Source of the DNA: Eledone cirrhosa
Lineage: Eukaryota
DNA: 64,000 nt
Assembly: GCA_964016885.1 (NCBI GenBank)
Contig: OZ024763.1
Span: 28,024,001 to 28,088,000, forward strand
Direction of reading: 5' to 3'
Shown here: positions 27,043-40,389 of the stretch, piece after piece
Layout of the letters: every line of letters starts with the position of its first letter
Numbering within the stretch: the first letter of the stretch is position 1
Made by a program: the position numbers and the translations under genes
Notes under the pieces: model-generated
The model's input: only the letters and a program-made list of their open reading frames with translations
Told to the model about the DNA's origin: nothing
The model's database searches: none

Positions 27043-27515
27043 ATGGTGGCTGCCAACTCGTTTTCGAGTATGGCCACTACTTTATATCCATGTAGGAGAA
27101 CCCCCTACCGATGCGCTGAACGAGTGTGACTTTTTAGTCCAGCCAGCGACTTGAAAACTCTGGTACAAACACTACACTTGTGACAATTATTGACACATGG
27201 TGCTGGGCCCATGGTACCAAATGACGACAAGTGCAGAGAGATCTCCAGATATAAAGCAATGCCTGTGCCGTGAAGCTTTTATAGTGAGCAAAGGCACTGC
27301 ACAAAGCCAGTCCCACTCTCTTAACCAAGATGATATTTACCACAAAGAAGAACAAGTCAACATCATTGGATACCATCAGGGTTGCAGGTGTTATATCAGA
27401 GTTTTCCTTCTCCTAGAATTCTGCCTTGACAAAGGCTAAGGGGTCATCTCTCCCGGTGATTTTGGATGGCCAGTGACTCTTAAGAGCTCCTTTGCCCTTT
27501 GACAGGTTTTGTTTA
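27043..27515 (-). mobile_element. Non-autonomous, probably RTE-related retroelement (family C)
   Basis: Colinear with 29660-30055 (TGGCTGCC..CTCGTT..CGAGTATGGCCA; CCTTCTCCT; GACAAAGGCTA; GACTCTTA.GAG; CAGGTTTTGT). Strand and family inferred from an RTE-5'-like GGAGAAGG motif. Confidence 0.55.
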
Positions 27516-27519
27516 TACA

Positions 27520-27567
<48 letters not shown>

Positions 27568-28032
27568 GGTATCATGACAAAATGTACCCAGCCAACAATG
27601 TAGTAAAGTGGTCATGTAAAGGACACGGCAAAAAGCACCCAGCACACACTGTAAATGTGGTTGGCGCTAGGAAGGGCATCCAGTTGTAGAAAGCCAGCCA
27701 GAAACACTCCTATATGAGCAAGAGATGGTCACCCAACCCGAATTGCCTCTAAATGGGACAAACCCGTCTAACCCATGCTAACGTGGAAGATAGACATTAA
27801 ACGATGATGATGATGATGATATATATATATATATACACACATATATATTTATATATATATATGTGACACATGCAGTTATACAAGCAGACACAGATTATTG
27901 TATATATATACATATAATTATATATATGTGAGCATGTGTATATATATATATAGTGTATATAGTGTATATATATATATATAGTCACTTATATATTATGAAA
28001 TACTGTTGGCTTCTTGCTCACATTAATTTCTA

Positions 28033-28092
<60 letters not shown>

Positions 28093-28102
28093 GTTTGCAT
28101 GT

Positions 28103-28145
<43 letters not shown>

Positions 28146-28277
28146 ATATATATGTGAGCATGTATATATATATATATATATACATACGTTTGCTATAATT
28201 TACAAGAATGTCTTGTTTACTATTATCCTCTTTTCTGCTTGAGATGTTAAATGGAGAGATATGTAAAAGTAACCCCT

Positions 28278-28291
28278 GTTGCTATGGTTAC
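28278..28291. promoter_or_regulatory. RFX X-box-like motif in a unique-sequence island
   Basis: GTTGCTATGGTTAC versus consensus GTTGCCATGGNAAC. Confidence 0.35.
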
Positions 28292-28327
28292 CAGTGCTCT
28301 TGGATGAGAGATTAATAAGAAGGACTT

Positions 28328-28399
<72 letters not shown>

Positions 28400-28509
28400 T
28401 GCCTATCCATCTGTCAGTCTATATATATATATATATATATATGTCTATCTATCTACCTATCTATCTATCTCTATCTATCTATCTATATCTACCTAGTAAT
28501 CTCTCTCAC

Positions 28510-28540
<31 letters not shown>

Positions 28541-29659
28541 TTGTGTATATATACTCACAGAAAGAAAGAATGGTTGCAGAGAGAGAAAGATAGAGAAATA
28601 ATGGTGAGAGAGAGAGAGAGAAAGAGGTAGAGAGAGAGAAATAATGAGATAGAAAGGTGTATTAAAGAGAAGGGTGAAGAGAGGGAGAGAAAAATAATGA
28701 GAGAAATAATGAGAGAGAAAACGGCAAAGAGACAAATGTATTAAAGGAAAGAACGAAACAACAAAACAACACAAAGAAAAACAACAGCAACAACAACAAA
28801 AGCAGAAAGAATAAGTTTTACAAAAAATAATGTAAAAAAAAAACAGAGAAAAAGTAAAGAAAAGAGGCGAAAAGAAGAAATAAAGAAGAAAAAAAAAAGA
28901 AGAAATAAAAGAAGGAATGAAAGAAGAAGTAAAGAAGAAATTGTGGAAATGTGTAAAAGTTAGTTTGGAGTGTATTTTGAAATAATTAGAAGATTGTTTT
29001 GGCATGTTGTAGTTGGGTTAGATGGTGATAATAATAATAGTAATAGTAGTGGTGATAAGGGGGAGGAGGGTGGAAGTAGGAGGAGGGGGGAGTAGGATGA
29101 GGGGAGAAGTAGGAGGAGCGGGGAAGTAGGAGGAGGGGGAGAAGGAGAAGAAGGCGAAGATGAAAAAAAAGAAAAAGAGAAAGAGAAAGAAAAAGAGAAA
29201 GAAAAAGATGAAGAAAAGGAAAAAGAGAAAGAAAAAGATGAAGGAAAAAGAGAAAGAAAAAGATGAAGGAAAAAGAAAAAAAGAAAAGAAAAAGAAGATG
29301 AAGAAGAAAGAAGAAGAAAGAAGAAAAATGAAAAAGAAGAAGAATGATAATAATGATGATAATGAAGATGAAGGAGGAAGAGGAGAAAAAAGAGAAAAAG
29401 AGAAGTGGAGAGATGTGGAAATGAAGAGAGAGAGATAGAGAGATAGATAGATAGAGAGAGAGAGAAAGAGAGAGAGAGATGGAAATAAATGAAGAGAAAG
29501 AGAGAGAGGGAAGGAGTGGTGAGTAGTGGTTAGAGTGAGTACACAGAAAAATGTAAGTTTTCTTTCTAATCAATCAGAATAAGAAGCCGCACAGTGTAGT
29601 GTGTGTGTATGTGTGTATATATATGCCTCTATCTACCTATCTATACTATATCTATATAT

Positions 29660-30050
29660 GATGGCTGCCCCCTCGTTATCGAGTATGGCCATTACACGAT
29701 ATACCATTATTAATAATTATTAATTAATTCTAACATGCAATGCCTGTGCGAGAAGATATTTTTTAAAGTGAGGAAAGACTGTGCACTGAGCCAATCCCAC
29801 TCTCTGAGCGACAGTAGCTATAACCCGAAAAGAAGAAAAGATCAACATCATCGGTAACTACAGAGCCACAGGTTTTATATCAGAGTTATCCCAGTTTCCT
29901 GAGTTGCCTTCTCCTGGAAGAATGCCCTGACAAAGGCTAGGGGGTCCTTCACTCCCAGTGGTTTAACTGCGCGGTACATGTGTATATACACATTTACACA
30001 CTTTCGGATGTCCGTTGACTCTTATGAGTTCTTCCGCCTTTGTCAGGTTT

Positions 30051-30055
<5 letters not shown>
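29660..30055 (-). mobile_element. Family C element, diverged second copy
   Basis: Colinear with 27043-27515. Confidence 0.55.
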
Positions 30056-30085
<30 letters not shown>

Positions 30086-30087
<2 letters not shown>

Positions 30088-30303
30088 CAAAGGAAATGTG
30101 GTAAGGAACCAGGTGGACCATAACGCACCAAAGTACTCAATACTTAGGGTAGTAGAGTGGGTAATAGGAATGAGTAGGACCCCGACGGCTGAGCTCAGGC
30201 CGTTTTGACGGCTAATTCTGGACTAAAAAAATCTGTTTTTTTAGTCCAGAATTAGCCGTCGAAACGGCCTGAGCTCAGCCGTCAGGGTCCTACTTGTTCC
30301 TAT
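30086..30303 (-). mobile_element. Penelope-like foldback element (family P2) in (TA)n
   Basis: 68-bp arms 30164-30231 / 30236-30303 with a 4-nt loop, plus an unpaired tail 30086-30163. Same element at 38483-38690 (opposite orientation) and 63930-64000. Confidence 0.7.
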
Positions 30304-30444
30304 ATATATATATATATACAAAAATATATATGTACCAAGATGGCCAACTGAATATGCACTTGTGTGTTTTTTCTCCCCAATTTTTCCCCCATTCCTTCCC
30401 CCAATCACTCTTTACTTTCTATTTATCTTCACTTTTTAACTCTA

Positions 30445-30480
30445 TCTTCTGATAAAAGACTAGTGTCTGAAACGTTAAGA
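30445..30480 (+). ncRNA. Degenerate hammerhead motif (family P3)
   Basis: UCUU-CUGAUAA-A-AGAC(UAGU)GUCU-GAAA-CG-UU-AAGA; core G8 mutated. Confidence 0.55.
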
Positions 30481-30582
30481 CTCTCTCTGTGCTATTTCAA
30501 GCGCTAAACTTATATATTTCTTCCATGTACTGTACCATTTGTTCGGTTATTTTTGTTATTTCTGTTTACCTTTTACATACAT

Positions 30583-30615
<33 letters not shown>

Positions 30616-30880
30616 CTCATATATATACACTCACATATACAAGTGTCTTTTCCTGAAAAAAAAAAAAAAAATAACCCATTTTCTTTTTCCTCTCTTTCTC
30701 ATTCTATCTTTCGATGATGGACTAACGTCAAAACTCTTTTCCTACTATATCAAGCATGAAACTAATATATATTATTGTATAGTTCTTTCATGTTGTAGAT
30801 TTCGTTGTTGAATTTTCTCACACACATACACATATATATACTGGTAATTCCAGGGTCCAGCCTTATGAGCTATATCTAAT

Positions 30881-33108
30881 TAGCCATCAACAATGATTGC
30901 TAACTAACCATCAACAGTAATAACTAACTATCAACAATAGTAGCTAATCATGAACAGTAATAACTAACAAGTCATCTACTGTGATCGCTAGTTAACCATC
31001 AAGAGTGGTAGCTATCTAACCATCAACAGTAACAACTAACCATCAAGAGTGATAGCAAACTAATCATCAACAGTGATAACTAGTTAACCATCAAGACTGG
31101 TAACCCACTAACCATCAAGAGTAGTAACCAGCTAACCATTAAGAGCGGTAGCTAGTTAACCATCAAGAATGGTAGCTAGTTAGCAGCTTACCATCAAGAT
31201 TAGTAGCCATTTAACCATCAAGATTAGTAGCCATTTAACCAGCTAACCACCAAGAGTGGTAAGCAGCTAACCATCAAGAGTGGTAAATAGCTAACCATCA
31301 AGAGGGGTAACCATGCAACCTTCAACAGTGGTAACCATTTAACCACCAAGAGTGGTAACCAGCTAACCATCAAGAGTAGTAACCAGCTAACCATCAAGAG
31401 TGGTAACAATTTAACCACCAAGAGGAGGTAGCTAGTTACCAGCTAACCATCAACAGTGGTAACCAGCAAACCATCAAGAGTGGTAACCACGAACCCATCA
31501 AGGGTGGTAACCATTTACCCATCAAGAGAGGTAACCACCCAACCATCAAAAGTGGTAACCATATAACAACCAAGAGCGGTAACCATTCACCCATCAAGAG
31601 TGGTAACCATTTACCCATCAAGGGTGGTAACCATGTAACCATCAAGAGTGGTAGCCATTTAATCATCAAGAGTGGTAACCATTTACCCATCAAGAGTGGT
31701 AACCATTTAACCATCAAGAGTGGTAACAATTTAACCACCAAGAGTGGTAACCATTTAACCATCAAGAGTGGTAGCCATTTACCCATCAAGAGTGGTAACC
31801 ATTTAACCATCAAGAGTGGTAACAATTTAACCATCAAGAGTGGTAACCATTTAACCATCAAGAGTGGTAGCCATTTACCCATCAAGAGTGGTAACCATGT
31901 AACCATCAAGAGTGGTAACCATTTAACCATCAACAGTGGTAAACATTTACCCATCAACAGTGGTAACCATTTAACCATCAAGAGTGGTAACAATTTAACC
32001 ATCAACAGTGGTAACAATTTAACCATCAACAGTGGTAACCATTTACCCATCAACAGTGGTAACCATTTAACCATCAAGAGTGGTAACCATTTAACCATCA
32101 ACAGTGGTAACAATTTAACCATCAACAGTGGTAACCATTTAACCATCAAGAGTGGTAGCCATTTACCCATCAAGAGTGGTAACCATTTAACCATCAAGAG
32201 TGGTAGCCATTTACCCATCAAGAGTGGTAGCCATTTAATCATCAAGAGTGGTAACCATTTAACCATCAACAGTGGTAACCATTTAACCATCAAGAGTGGT
32301 AACCATTTAACCATCAACAGTGGTAACAATTTAACCATCAACAGTGGTAACCATTTAACCATCAAGAGTGGTAACAATTTACCCATCAACAGTGGTAACC
32401 ATTTAACCATCAACAGTGGTAACCATTTAACTATCAAGAGTGGTAACCATTTAACCATCAACAGTGGTAACAATTTAACCATCAACAGTGGTAACCATTT
32501 AACCATCAACAGTGGTAACAATTTAACCATCAACAGTGGTAACAATTTAACCATCAACAGTGGTAACAATTTAACCATCAACAGTGGTAACAATTTAACC
32601 ATCAACAGTGGTAACAATTTAACCATCAACAGTGGTAACCATTTAACCATCAACAGTGGTAACCATTTAACTATCAAGAGTGGTAACCATTTAACCATCA
32701 ACAGTGGTAACAATTTAACCATCAACAGTGGTAACCATTTAACCATCAACAGTGGTAACAATTTAACCATCAACAGTGGTAACAATTTAACCATCAACAG
32801 TGGTAACAATTTAACCATCAACAGTGGTAACCATTTAACCATCAACAGTGGTAACAATTTACCCATCAACAGTGGTAACCATTTAACCATCAACAGTGGT
32901 AACCATTTAACTATCAAGAGTGGTAACCATTTAACCATCAACAGTGGTAACAATTTAACCATCAACAGTGGTAACAATTTAACCATCAACAGTGGTAACA
33001 ATTTAACCATCAACAGTGGTAACAATTTAACCATCAACAGTGGTAACAATTTAACCATCAACAGTGGTAACCATTTAACTATCAAGAGTTGTAGTGATCT
33101 AACCATTG
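30881..33108. repeat. 24-bp minisatellite, ~90 copies
   Basis: Unit AACCATCAA(C/G)AGTGGTAAC(A/C)ATTT; homogeneous near 33100 and degenerate toward 30900. Confidence 0.97.
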
Positions 33109-33125
33109 AAAACAAGTCCTCTTAC

Positions 33126-33250
33126 CTGATGCCTCAGTGACAACAGTGACATTCACACCCCGCTTCTGCTTGCTGACTTCGGAAACTCCATTCTCAGCCA
33201 AGATCTGAATAACGTACTCCTCACTTGGTATTAAACCAGTTAATGTTACC
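33126..33250 (-). CDS. Eph: Eph receptor exon: FN3-1 C-terminal part (125 nt, phase 2-1)
   Basis: VTLTGLIPSEEYVIQILAENGVSEVSKQKRGVNVTVVTEAS, with the Eph L.P...Y...I.A.NGVS motif. Acceptor ttttcAG, donor CAG|GTAAG. Phases fit both neighbours. Absent from the ORF track. Confidence 0.96.
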
Positions 33251-33884
33251 CTGAAAAATGGACAGAATGAGAATATTACTTTTAAAAAAAAAAGAAAGAG
33301 GCTATGTAGCCGGTCCTGGTAATAATAGACTCCCAGGCTATTTAGCCGGTAAGAGTGTCAGACATCATGAATTGCGGCCCGAGTTAAGACAATTGTTAAG
33401 AACACAACAAGCTGAAGCTGAAGCATATAGACAATATGCCCCCACTCCCTCCCACTGCAAAAAAGCACCCAGCCCACACTGTAAAGTGGACGTCTAAGCG
33501 CCACGGGAAAAAACCACCCAGCCCACACTGTAAAGTGGACGTGTAGGCACCACAGAAAAGAAGCACTCACTGTAAATGAGGTTGGTGTTAGGAAGGGCAT
33601 CCAGCTGTAGAAATTAAGCCGGAATCAGTTCCTGTATGAGCAAGACAAGGACAGCCGACTGGACACTGCCCACAACAGGACAAGCTGTCTAACCCATGCT
33701 AGCAGGGAAGAACGGACATAAAATGATGATGATGATGACAACACACAACCCAGGAATCGAATCCATGACATTATGATCAGAAGTCCAACACCCTTAGCAC
33801 TGGGCCACATGCCTCCACCTCTACGCTAGAGTAGAAAGGAGCCATAAGTCGAGTCAGACACCCTCTATAATGCTAGTAACATGA

Positions 33885-34170
33885 TACAATGCCCCCAGTC
33901 TGTGCTAGAGTAGAGAGGATCCTTAAATCCTGGAAGACAACCCTTCTAGTGTTGCTGGCATGATAAAATGCCCCCAGTCCATGCTAATATAGCAAGGATC
34001 CTTAGATCCTGGAAGACAACCACTTTAGTGATGTTGGCATGACAAAATGCCCCCAGTCCATGCTAATATAGCAAGGATCCTTAGATCCTGGAAGACAACC
34101 TCTTTAGTGTTGTTGGCATGACAAAATGCCCCCAGTCCATGCTAGGCTGGAGAGGTCCCTTAAGTCTTGT
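33885..34170. repeat. ~79-bp tandem repeat, ~4 copies, in the short Eph intron
   Basis: AATGCCCCCAGTC at ~33889, 33967, 34046 and 34125. Confidence 0.85.
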
Positions 34171-34507
34171 AAGATCAAATGGAAGAAACTATGTTTTTAT
34201 TGGTCTTTCCATTGCTGATAGTATCAGCTAGTTGCAACTCTTAGTAGAAAAATCAACTATAATATTTTGATTAAAAATACATGTAACCTGGTCAAGGACT
34301 TGAACCCACAATCTTATAACCATAAGTTCAATACCCCAGTCAGAAGGCCACAAGCCTTGACAAAAACAAAAGAAAAAATAAAGCACAAAAAAACCATGAC
34401 TCATCAAAATGAATGTGTAAAGTGGTTCAGTAGTCTACAGGAAAGACTATAATGACGAAACCCAACAAAATGAGATGAGATGAGGGAAATAAGAATAGAA
34501 AACTTAC

Positions 34508-34688
34508 ATAGTGGAAGTAAAACCCTTCATTTTTGGGATGTATTTCACATTTTTGTCACATTTATTGCACTCTACACGATAGGTGAGATCATTTCGGCCA
34601 CCATCACTGCGAGGGTGCCACCACGACAGCGTAACTGATGTCGTATTGACACTTAGGATCTTTAATTTCTGTGGGGGCGAAGGTGGTT
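34508..34688 (-). CDS. Eph: Eph receptor exon: FN3-1 N-terminal part (181 nt, phase 1-2)
   Basis: (Q)PPSPPQKLKILSVNTTSVTLSWWHPRSDGGRNDLTYRVECNKCDKNVKYIPKMKGFTST(M), with the Eph-typical PPS.P...W..P...GGR.D..Y.V.C..C. Acceptor cttacAG, donor AT|GTAAGT. Joins the previous exon in frame (PCT-Q-PPS). Confidence 0.97.
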
Positions 34689-34912
34689 CTGTAAGAAAGA
34701 AAAGAAAAAAAGAGAAGGAGGTGAAAAAAGCTTTGAGAAAAATAGTAGAGGTTGCTGAATCAAACTGGATTTGTGCCATTAGTAATGCTGGTAAAAGCAT
34801 TCAACATATTTAACCCTTTAGCATTTAAACCCTTTAGCTTGGACTGAACGGAGGGCTTGAGAGAGACAGTGTTTGAAAACTAGATGCTCTTTTCCTGATG
34901 TTAATCTGTTTA

Positions 34913-37105
34913 ATAACTCTTTAGCATTTAAACTATCCATATCTGGCCAGAATTCTTTCACCTCTTTCTGTTCAAATTGACTGTAACCGGCAGCTCATAC
35001 TGATGTTAAGGCATTGTTCTCAAAATAAATACTATCAAATTCTCATAGATTCGATATCATGTGAGATAATTATGTGAGGTAAAGCCTTTACCACAAAAAT
35101 ACAATAGTATATATAGAGTAATGTAAATGTTAAATGGTTAACCCTTTAGCATTTAAACCGGCTGTATCTGGCCAGAATTCTCTGACCTCTTTCTGTTCAA
35201 ACCAGCTGTAACCAGCCACTTATACCGATGTTAAGGAATTGTTCATATCCACCCAGAATTCTCTCACCTCTTTCTGTTTAAATTGGCCCAAAACCAGCCT
35301 CTTATACTTATGTTAAGGTATTGTTTTCAAAATAAATAATATCAAAATCTCGTAGATTCAATATTATGTGAGATAAAGTGTTTTTCCGTGAAAATATAAT
35401 AGTAAATATAGAGTAATGTAAAGTGTTTACCGTGAAAATATAATAGTAAATATAGAGTAATGTAAAGTGTTTACCGTGAAAATATAATAGTAAATATAGA
35501 GTAATGTAAAGTGTTTACTGTGAAAATATAATAGTAAATATAGAGTAATGTAAAGTGTTTACTGTGAAAATATAATAGTAAATATAGAGTAATGTAAAGT
35601 GTTTACTGTGAAAATATAATAGTAAATATAGAGTAATGTAAAGTGTTTACTGTGAAAATATAATAGTAAATATAGAGTAAGGTAAAGTGTTTACTGTGAA
35701 AATATAATAGTAAATATAGAGTAATGTAAAGTGTTTACTGTGAAAATATAATAGTAAATATAGAGTAATGTAAAGTGTTTACTGTGAAAATATAATAGTA
35801 AATATAGAGTAATGTAAAGTGTTTACCGTGAAAATATAATAGTAAATATAGAGTAATGTAAAGTGTTTACTGTGAAAATATAATAGTAAATATAGAGTAA
35901 TATAAAGTGTTTACTGTGAAAATATAATAGTAAATATAGAGTAATGTAAAGTGTTTACTGTGAAAATATAATAGTAAATATAGAGTAATGTAAAGTGTTT
36001 ACTGTGAAAATATAATAGTAAATATAGAGTAATGTAAAGTGTTTACTGTGAAAATATAATAGTAAATATAGAGTAATGTAAAGTGTTTACTGTGAAAATA
36101 TAATAGTAAATATAGAGTAATGTAAAGTGTTTACTGTGAAAATATAATAGTAAATATAGAGTAATGTAAAGTGTTTACTGTGAAAATATAATAGTAAATA
36201 TAGAGTAATGTAAAGTGTTTACTGTGAAAATATAATAGTAAATATAGAGTAAGGTAAAGTGTTTACCGTGAAAATATAATAGTAAATATAGAGTAATGTA
36301 AAGTGTTTACCGTGAAAATATAATAGTAAATATAGAGTAATGTAAAGTGTTTACCGTGAAAATATAATAGTAAATATAGAGTAATGTAAAGTGTTTACTG
36401 TGAAAATATAATAGTAAATATAGAGTAATGTAAAGTGTTTACTGTGAAAATATAATAGTAAATATAGAGTAATGTAAAGTGTTTACTGTGAAAATATAAT
36501 AGTAAATATAGAGTAAGGTAAAGTGTTTACCGTGAAAATATAATAGTAAATATAGAGTAATGTAAAGTGTTTACCGTGAAAATATAATAGTAAATAAATA
36601 TAGAGTAATGTAAAGTGTTTACCGTGAAAATATAATAGTAAATATAGAGTAATGTAAAGTGTTTACCGTGAAAATATAATAGTAAATATAGAGTAATGTA
36701 AAGTGTTTACCGTGAAAATATAATAGTAAATATAGAGTAATGTAAAGTGTTTACTGTGAAAATATAATAGTAAATATAGAGTAATGTAAAGTGTTTACCG
36801 TGAAAATATAATAGTAAATATAGAGTAATGTAAAGTGTTTACTGTGAAAATATAATAGTAAATATAGAGTAATGTAAAGTGTTTACTGTGAAAATATAAT
36901 AGTAAATATAGAGTAATGTAAAGTGTTTACTGTGAAAATATAATAGTAAATATAGAGTAATGTAAAGTGTTTACTGTGAAAATATAATAGTAAATACAGA
37001 GTAATGTAAATGCTAAATAATTTGATATTATGTGAGATAATTTTGTGAGGTGCCACAAAAATATAATAGTAAATACAGAGTAATGTAAATGACATACAGG
37101 GTTAA
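34913..37105 (-). mobile_element. Two adjoining MITE family 1 copies sharing a TTAA (35138); the second carries a satellite expansion
   Basis: TTAACCCTTTAGCATTTAAACCGG at 35138; terminal GGGTTAA at 37099-37105. Confidence 0.75.
35376..37010. repeat. 44-bp satellite, ~37 copies, derived from MITE family 1
   Basis: Unit AAAGTGTTTAC(T/C)GTGAAAATATAATAGTAAATATAGAGTAATGT; starts at 35420, 35464 and onward. Confidence 0.97.
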
Positions 37106-37275
37106 ATATATGAGTGAGTATCTTTGGTGAAATAACTATTTACAGAGACAAATGTAGATCTAGAAGCCAGAATCTTGTGATTGGAAAGGAAACTTCTTAT
37201 TGTACCAACATGACTGAGTTAGGAAAAGCATTGCAAGTATGTATAACTGTGTAAACTTTGAAAAGCTACATATAT

Positions 37276-37628
37276 ATCATCATCATCATCATCATTTCAT
37301 TTTATGTCCACTTTTCCCTGCTTGCAAGGGTGGGACAGGAACTGATTCTGGCTTGATTTCTACAGCTGGATGCCCTTCCTAACACTAACCTCATTTACAG
37401 TGAGTGCTGGGTGCTTTTTTTTTGCCGTGGCACCTCCACGACCACTTTGCAGTGGAATGATAGGGACCCCAGTCCCTATCATCTCATTTCTACAGCTGAG
37501 TAAACTGGAGCAATGTGAAAAAATAAAGTGTCTTGCTCAAGGAAACAACACATCACCCGGTCTTAGAATTGAACTCACAACCTTTCGATTGCAAGACCAA
37601 TGCTCTAACCACTAAGCCATGTGCCTCC
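37276..37628 (-). mobile_element. SINE family B, full length
   Basis: Closely similar to 1345-1692. Confidence 0.85.
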
Positions 37629-37864
37629 ATATATATATATGACAGTCGATCGATAATGGTGTGGAGCTCATCAAATCGGACTGTGCAAACAGTGTTTCCA
37701 TTGGTCTTTTCAATTGCTAATACTATCTAGTGGTTACAAATCCAGGCAGAAGTGTATTGCTCAAGGACATAATGCATCTCCCAGTCTGGGAATCAAACTT
37801 ACAACCTCACAATTGCGAATCCAATTCTCTAACCACACAGACACACACATTGACATGCATAATG

Positions 37865-37902
<38 letters not shown>

Positions 37903-38119
37903 ACCGATGTCCACGTGCTATTGAAATGTTGGGTAAATATTCTATTGCGGTTGGTCACAAATAGATTGCGTCGTTTATTTATCTACTATTTCTTCATAGG
38001 TGCCTTTTAATCTTATAGTCTGGTTTAATTGATTTTTTGTGTGGTTGATTATGCTAATTGGGAGAAGAAATGGTGTATATATATTATCAAATGATTCTAT
38101 GGACATACTTTATAGTATA

Positions 38120-38156
<37 letters not shown>

Positions 38157-38164
<8 letters not shown>

Positions 38165-38286
38165 ATACTTTAGGAGGGTCATGTTGCCAATAAGAAACAC
38201 ACGCACCAGTTGCTTTCACTTCAATTTATTATATATTTCAACACACGATTTCAGATAAAGAATCTTGCTAAACAAATTCAGAAACG

Positions 38287-38289
<3 letters not shown>
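38157..38289 (+). mobile_element. Family P1 element, internally deleted (left arm plus tail)
   Basis: Matches 10798-10875 joined to 11370-11422; (TA)n on both sides. Confidence 0.75.
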
Positions 38290-38342
<53 letters not shown>

Positions 38343-38482
38343 ATATATATATATATATATATATAGGATTTTTTCATTCTGATGATTGAAAGCAACATTT
38401 TTTTGCTTTTAAGAAACCACTGGTAAATGAAATAATCGCCTTATGTTGTTTATTACATAACTATATATATATATATATATAT

Positions 38483-38690
38483 ATAGGAACGAGTAGGACC
38501 CCGACGGCTGAGCTCAAGCCGTTTCGACGGCTAATTCGACGGCTAATTCAGTCCAGAATTAGCCGTTGAAACGGCTTGAGCTCAGACGTCGGGGTCCTAC
38601 TCGTTCCTATTACCCACTCTACTACCCTAAGTATTGAGTACTTTGGTGCGTTATGGTCCACCTGGTTCCTGACCACATTTCCTTCGTTTT
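38483..38690 (+). mobile_element. Family P2 foldback element
   Basis: TAGGAACGAGTAGGACCCCGAC...GTCGGGGTCCTACTCGTTCCTA plus tail, in (TA)n. Confidence 0.7.
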
Positions 38691-39049
38691 ATATATATAT
38701 ATAGCGTGGAAAATGGACGTTAAACGAAGATGATGATGATGAGGATGATGATATATATATGTATATATATATATAGTCCACACTGTAAATGTGGTTGGTG
38801 TTCAGAAGAGCATCCAGCTGTAAAAAAATCTGCTAGAGTCGCTTCCGTGAGAGCAAGATATGGTCTCAAGACCATTCCCGTACCAAATGAAATAAAACCG
38901 TCTAACCCATGCTAGTGTGGAAGATGGACAATGATGATGATGCTGATGATATATATATATAACATGAATGGACCTGTTATTTTTATCTAAAGACATTTTT
39001 TTCAATTCCATCCCGCCCGTCCCCTTAATCTATCTTATTTCTCATTCTT

Positions 39050-39085
39050 TCTTCTGATGAAGGACTAGCATCCGAAAACTTAAGA
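39050..39085 (+). ncRNA. Hammerhead motif (family P3)
   Basis: UCUU-CUGAUGA-A-GGA(CUAGCA)UCC-GAAA-AC-UU-AAGA; core intact, stem III altered. Confidence 0.6.
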
Positions 39086-39165
39086 CCATCTTCCTTCTAT
39101 ATCAAGTGTTAACCTAATATATACCTTCCATATACTGTACTGATTGTGTTGTTATTTCTGTTTAC

Positions 39166-39192
<27 letters not shown>

Positions 39193-39200
<8 letters not shown>

Positions 39201-39521
39201 ATACTTTGGGAGGGTCATGTTGCCAATAAGAAACACACGCACCAGTTGCTTTCACTTCAATTTATTATATATTTATAAATTTATAAATTTACAAATTTAT
39301 AAATTTCTGGTTGGTTGGTTGGTTCCACAACCAGATAGTTGTTTATATATAGTCATAGTTCTTTCGTCACACACTCTGGAAAGGAATCCCCAGTCACTGA
39401 AGAGGTCACAGAGTGTGTGACGAAAGAACTATGACTATATAGACCCTCCCAAAGTATAACAATATCGGTTTCAACACACGATTTCAGATAAAGAATCTTG
39501 CTAAACAAATTCAGAAACGAA
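39193..39521 (+). mobile_element. Family P1 element with hammerhead motif at 39392-39436
   Basis: AGUCA-CUGAAGA-G-GUCACAGAGUGUGUGAC-GAAA-GAAC-UA-UGACU. Inverted left arm; right arm partly deleted; same tail as 11367-11422. Confidence 0.78.
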
Positions 39522-39552
<31 letters not shown>

Positions 39553-39914
39553 CATACACATTGTTGTTCTTTGGGAGGGCCATACTTGCCAACAACAATA
39601 TATATATATATCCTTGTAGTACATTTTTTGTAGATTTTTAGATTTTTTTTTTGTTGTTGTTTTTAAAGATTTCATTTTTTGGCTTAGAATTTAAGGATTA
39701 AAAAAACCAATAAGATCTAAAAACAATGAAAGTAACTTAAAATGCAAAAAGTTTTTCAAAATAAATGTTTTTTCATTCTTTAAATATCTTAAGAATAATA
39801 TTTATTATAGTTGGATTAGAGGGGCAGGTGTATATATCAGAATAGGAAGTGGTATCAACGGTATTTTTGTTGAGGTAGACATGGAGCTTGGGTGGTATAG
39901 AATTATATACACAT

Positions 39915-39963
<49 letters not shown>

Positions 39964-40012
39964 AGCATTATTATTAAAGGACTTGAACATCTGAAACTAC
40001 TTCGCTTTTCCT

Positions 40013-40165
<153 letters not shown>

Positions 40166-40351
40166 CATACATATATAATGGTATGAGAGTGTGTAGATAT
40201 ATATATATGATATATACCTATATATATATATATATATATACTTATTTGTGTGTGTGGATTACATAAAGAGAACTGAGAAAATACAAAATACAACACACAA
40301 TATATATAGATATATATACATACAATATATATATATACACACACATATACA

Positions 40352-40389
<38 letters not shown>

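Noticed and set aside
31436-33115. 559-aa ORF (VKLLPLLM)n
   Set aside because: Translation of the 24-bp minisatellite; intronic, with no splice support.
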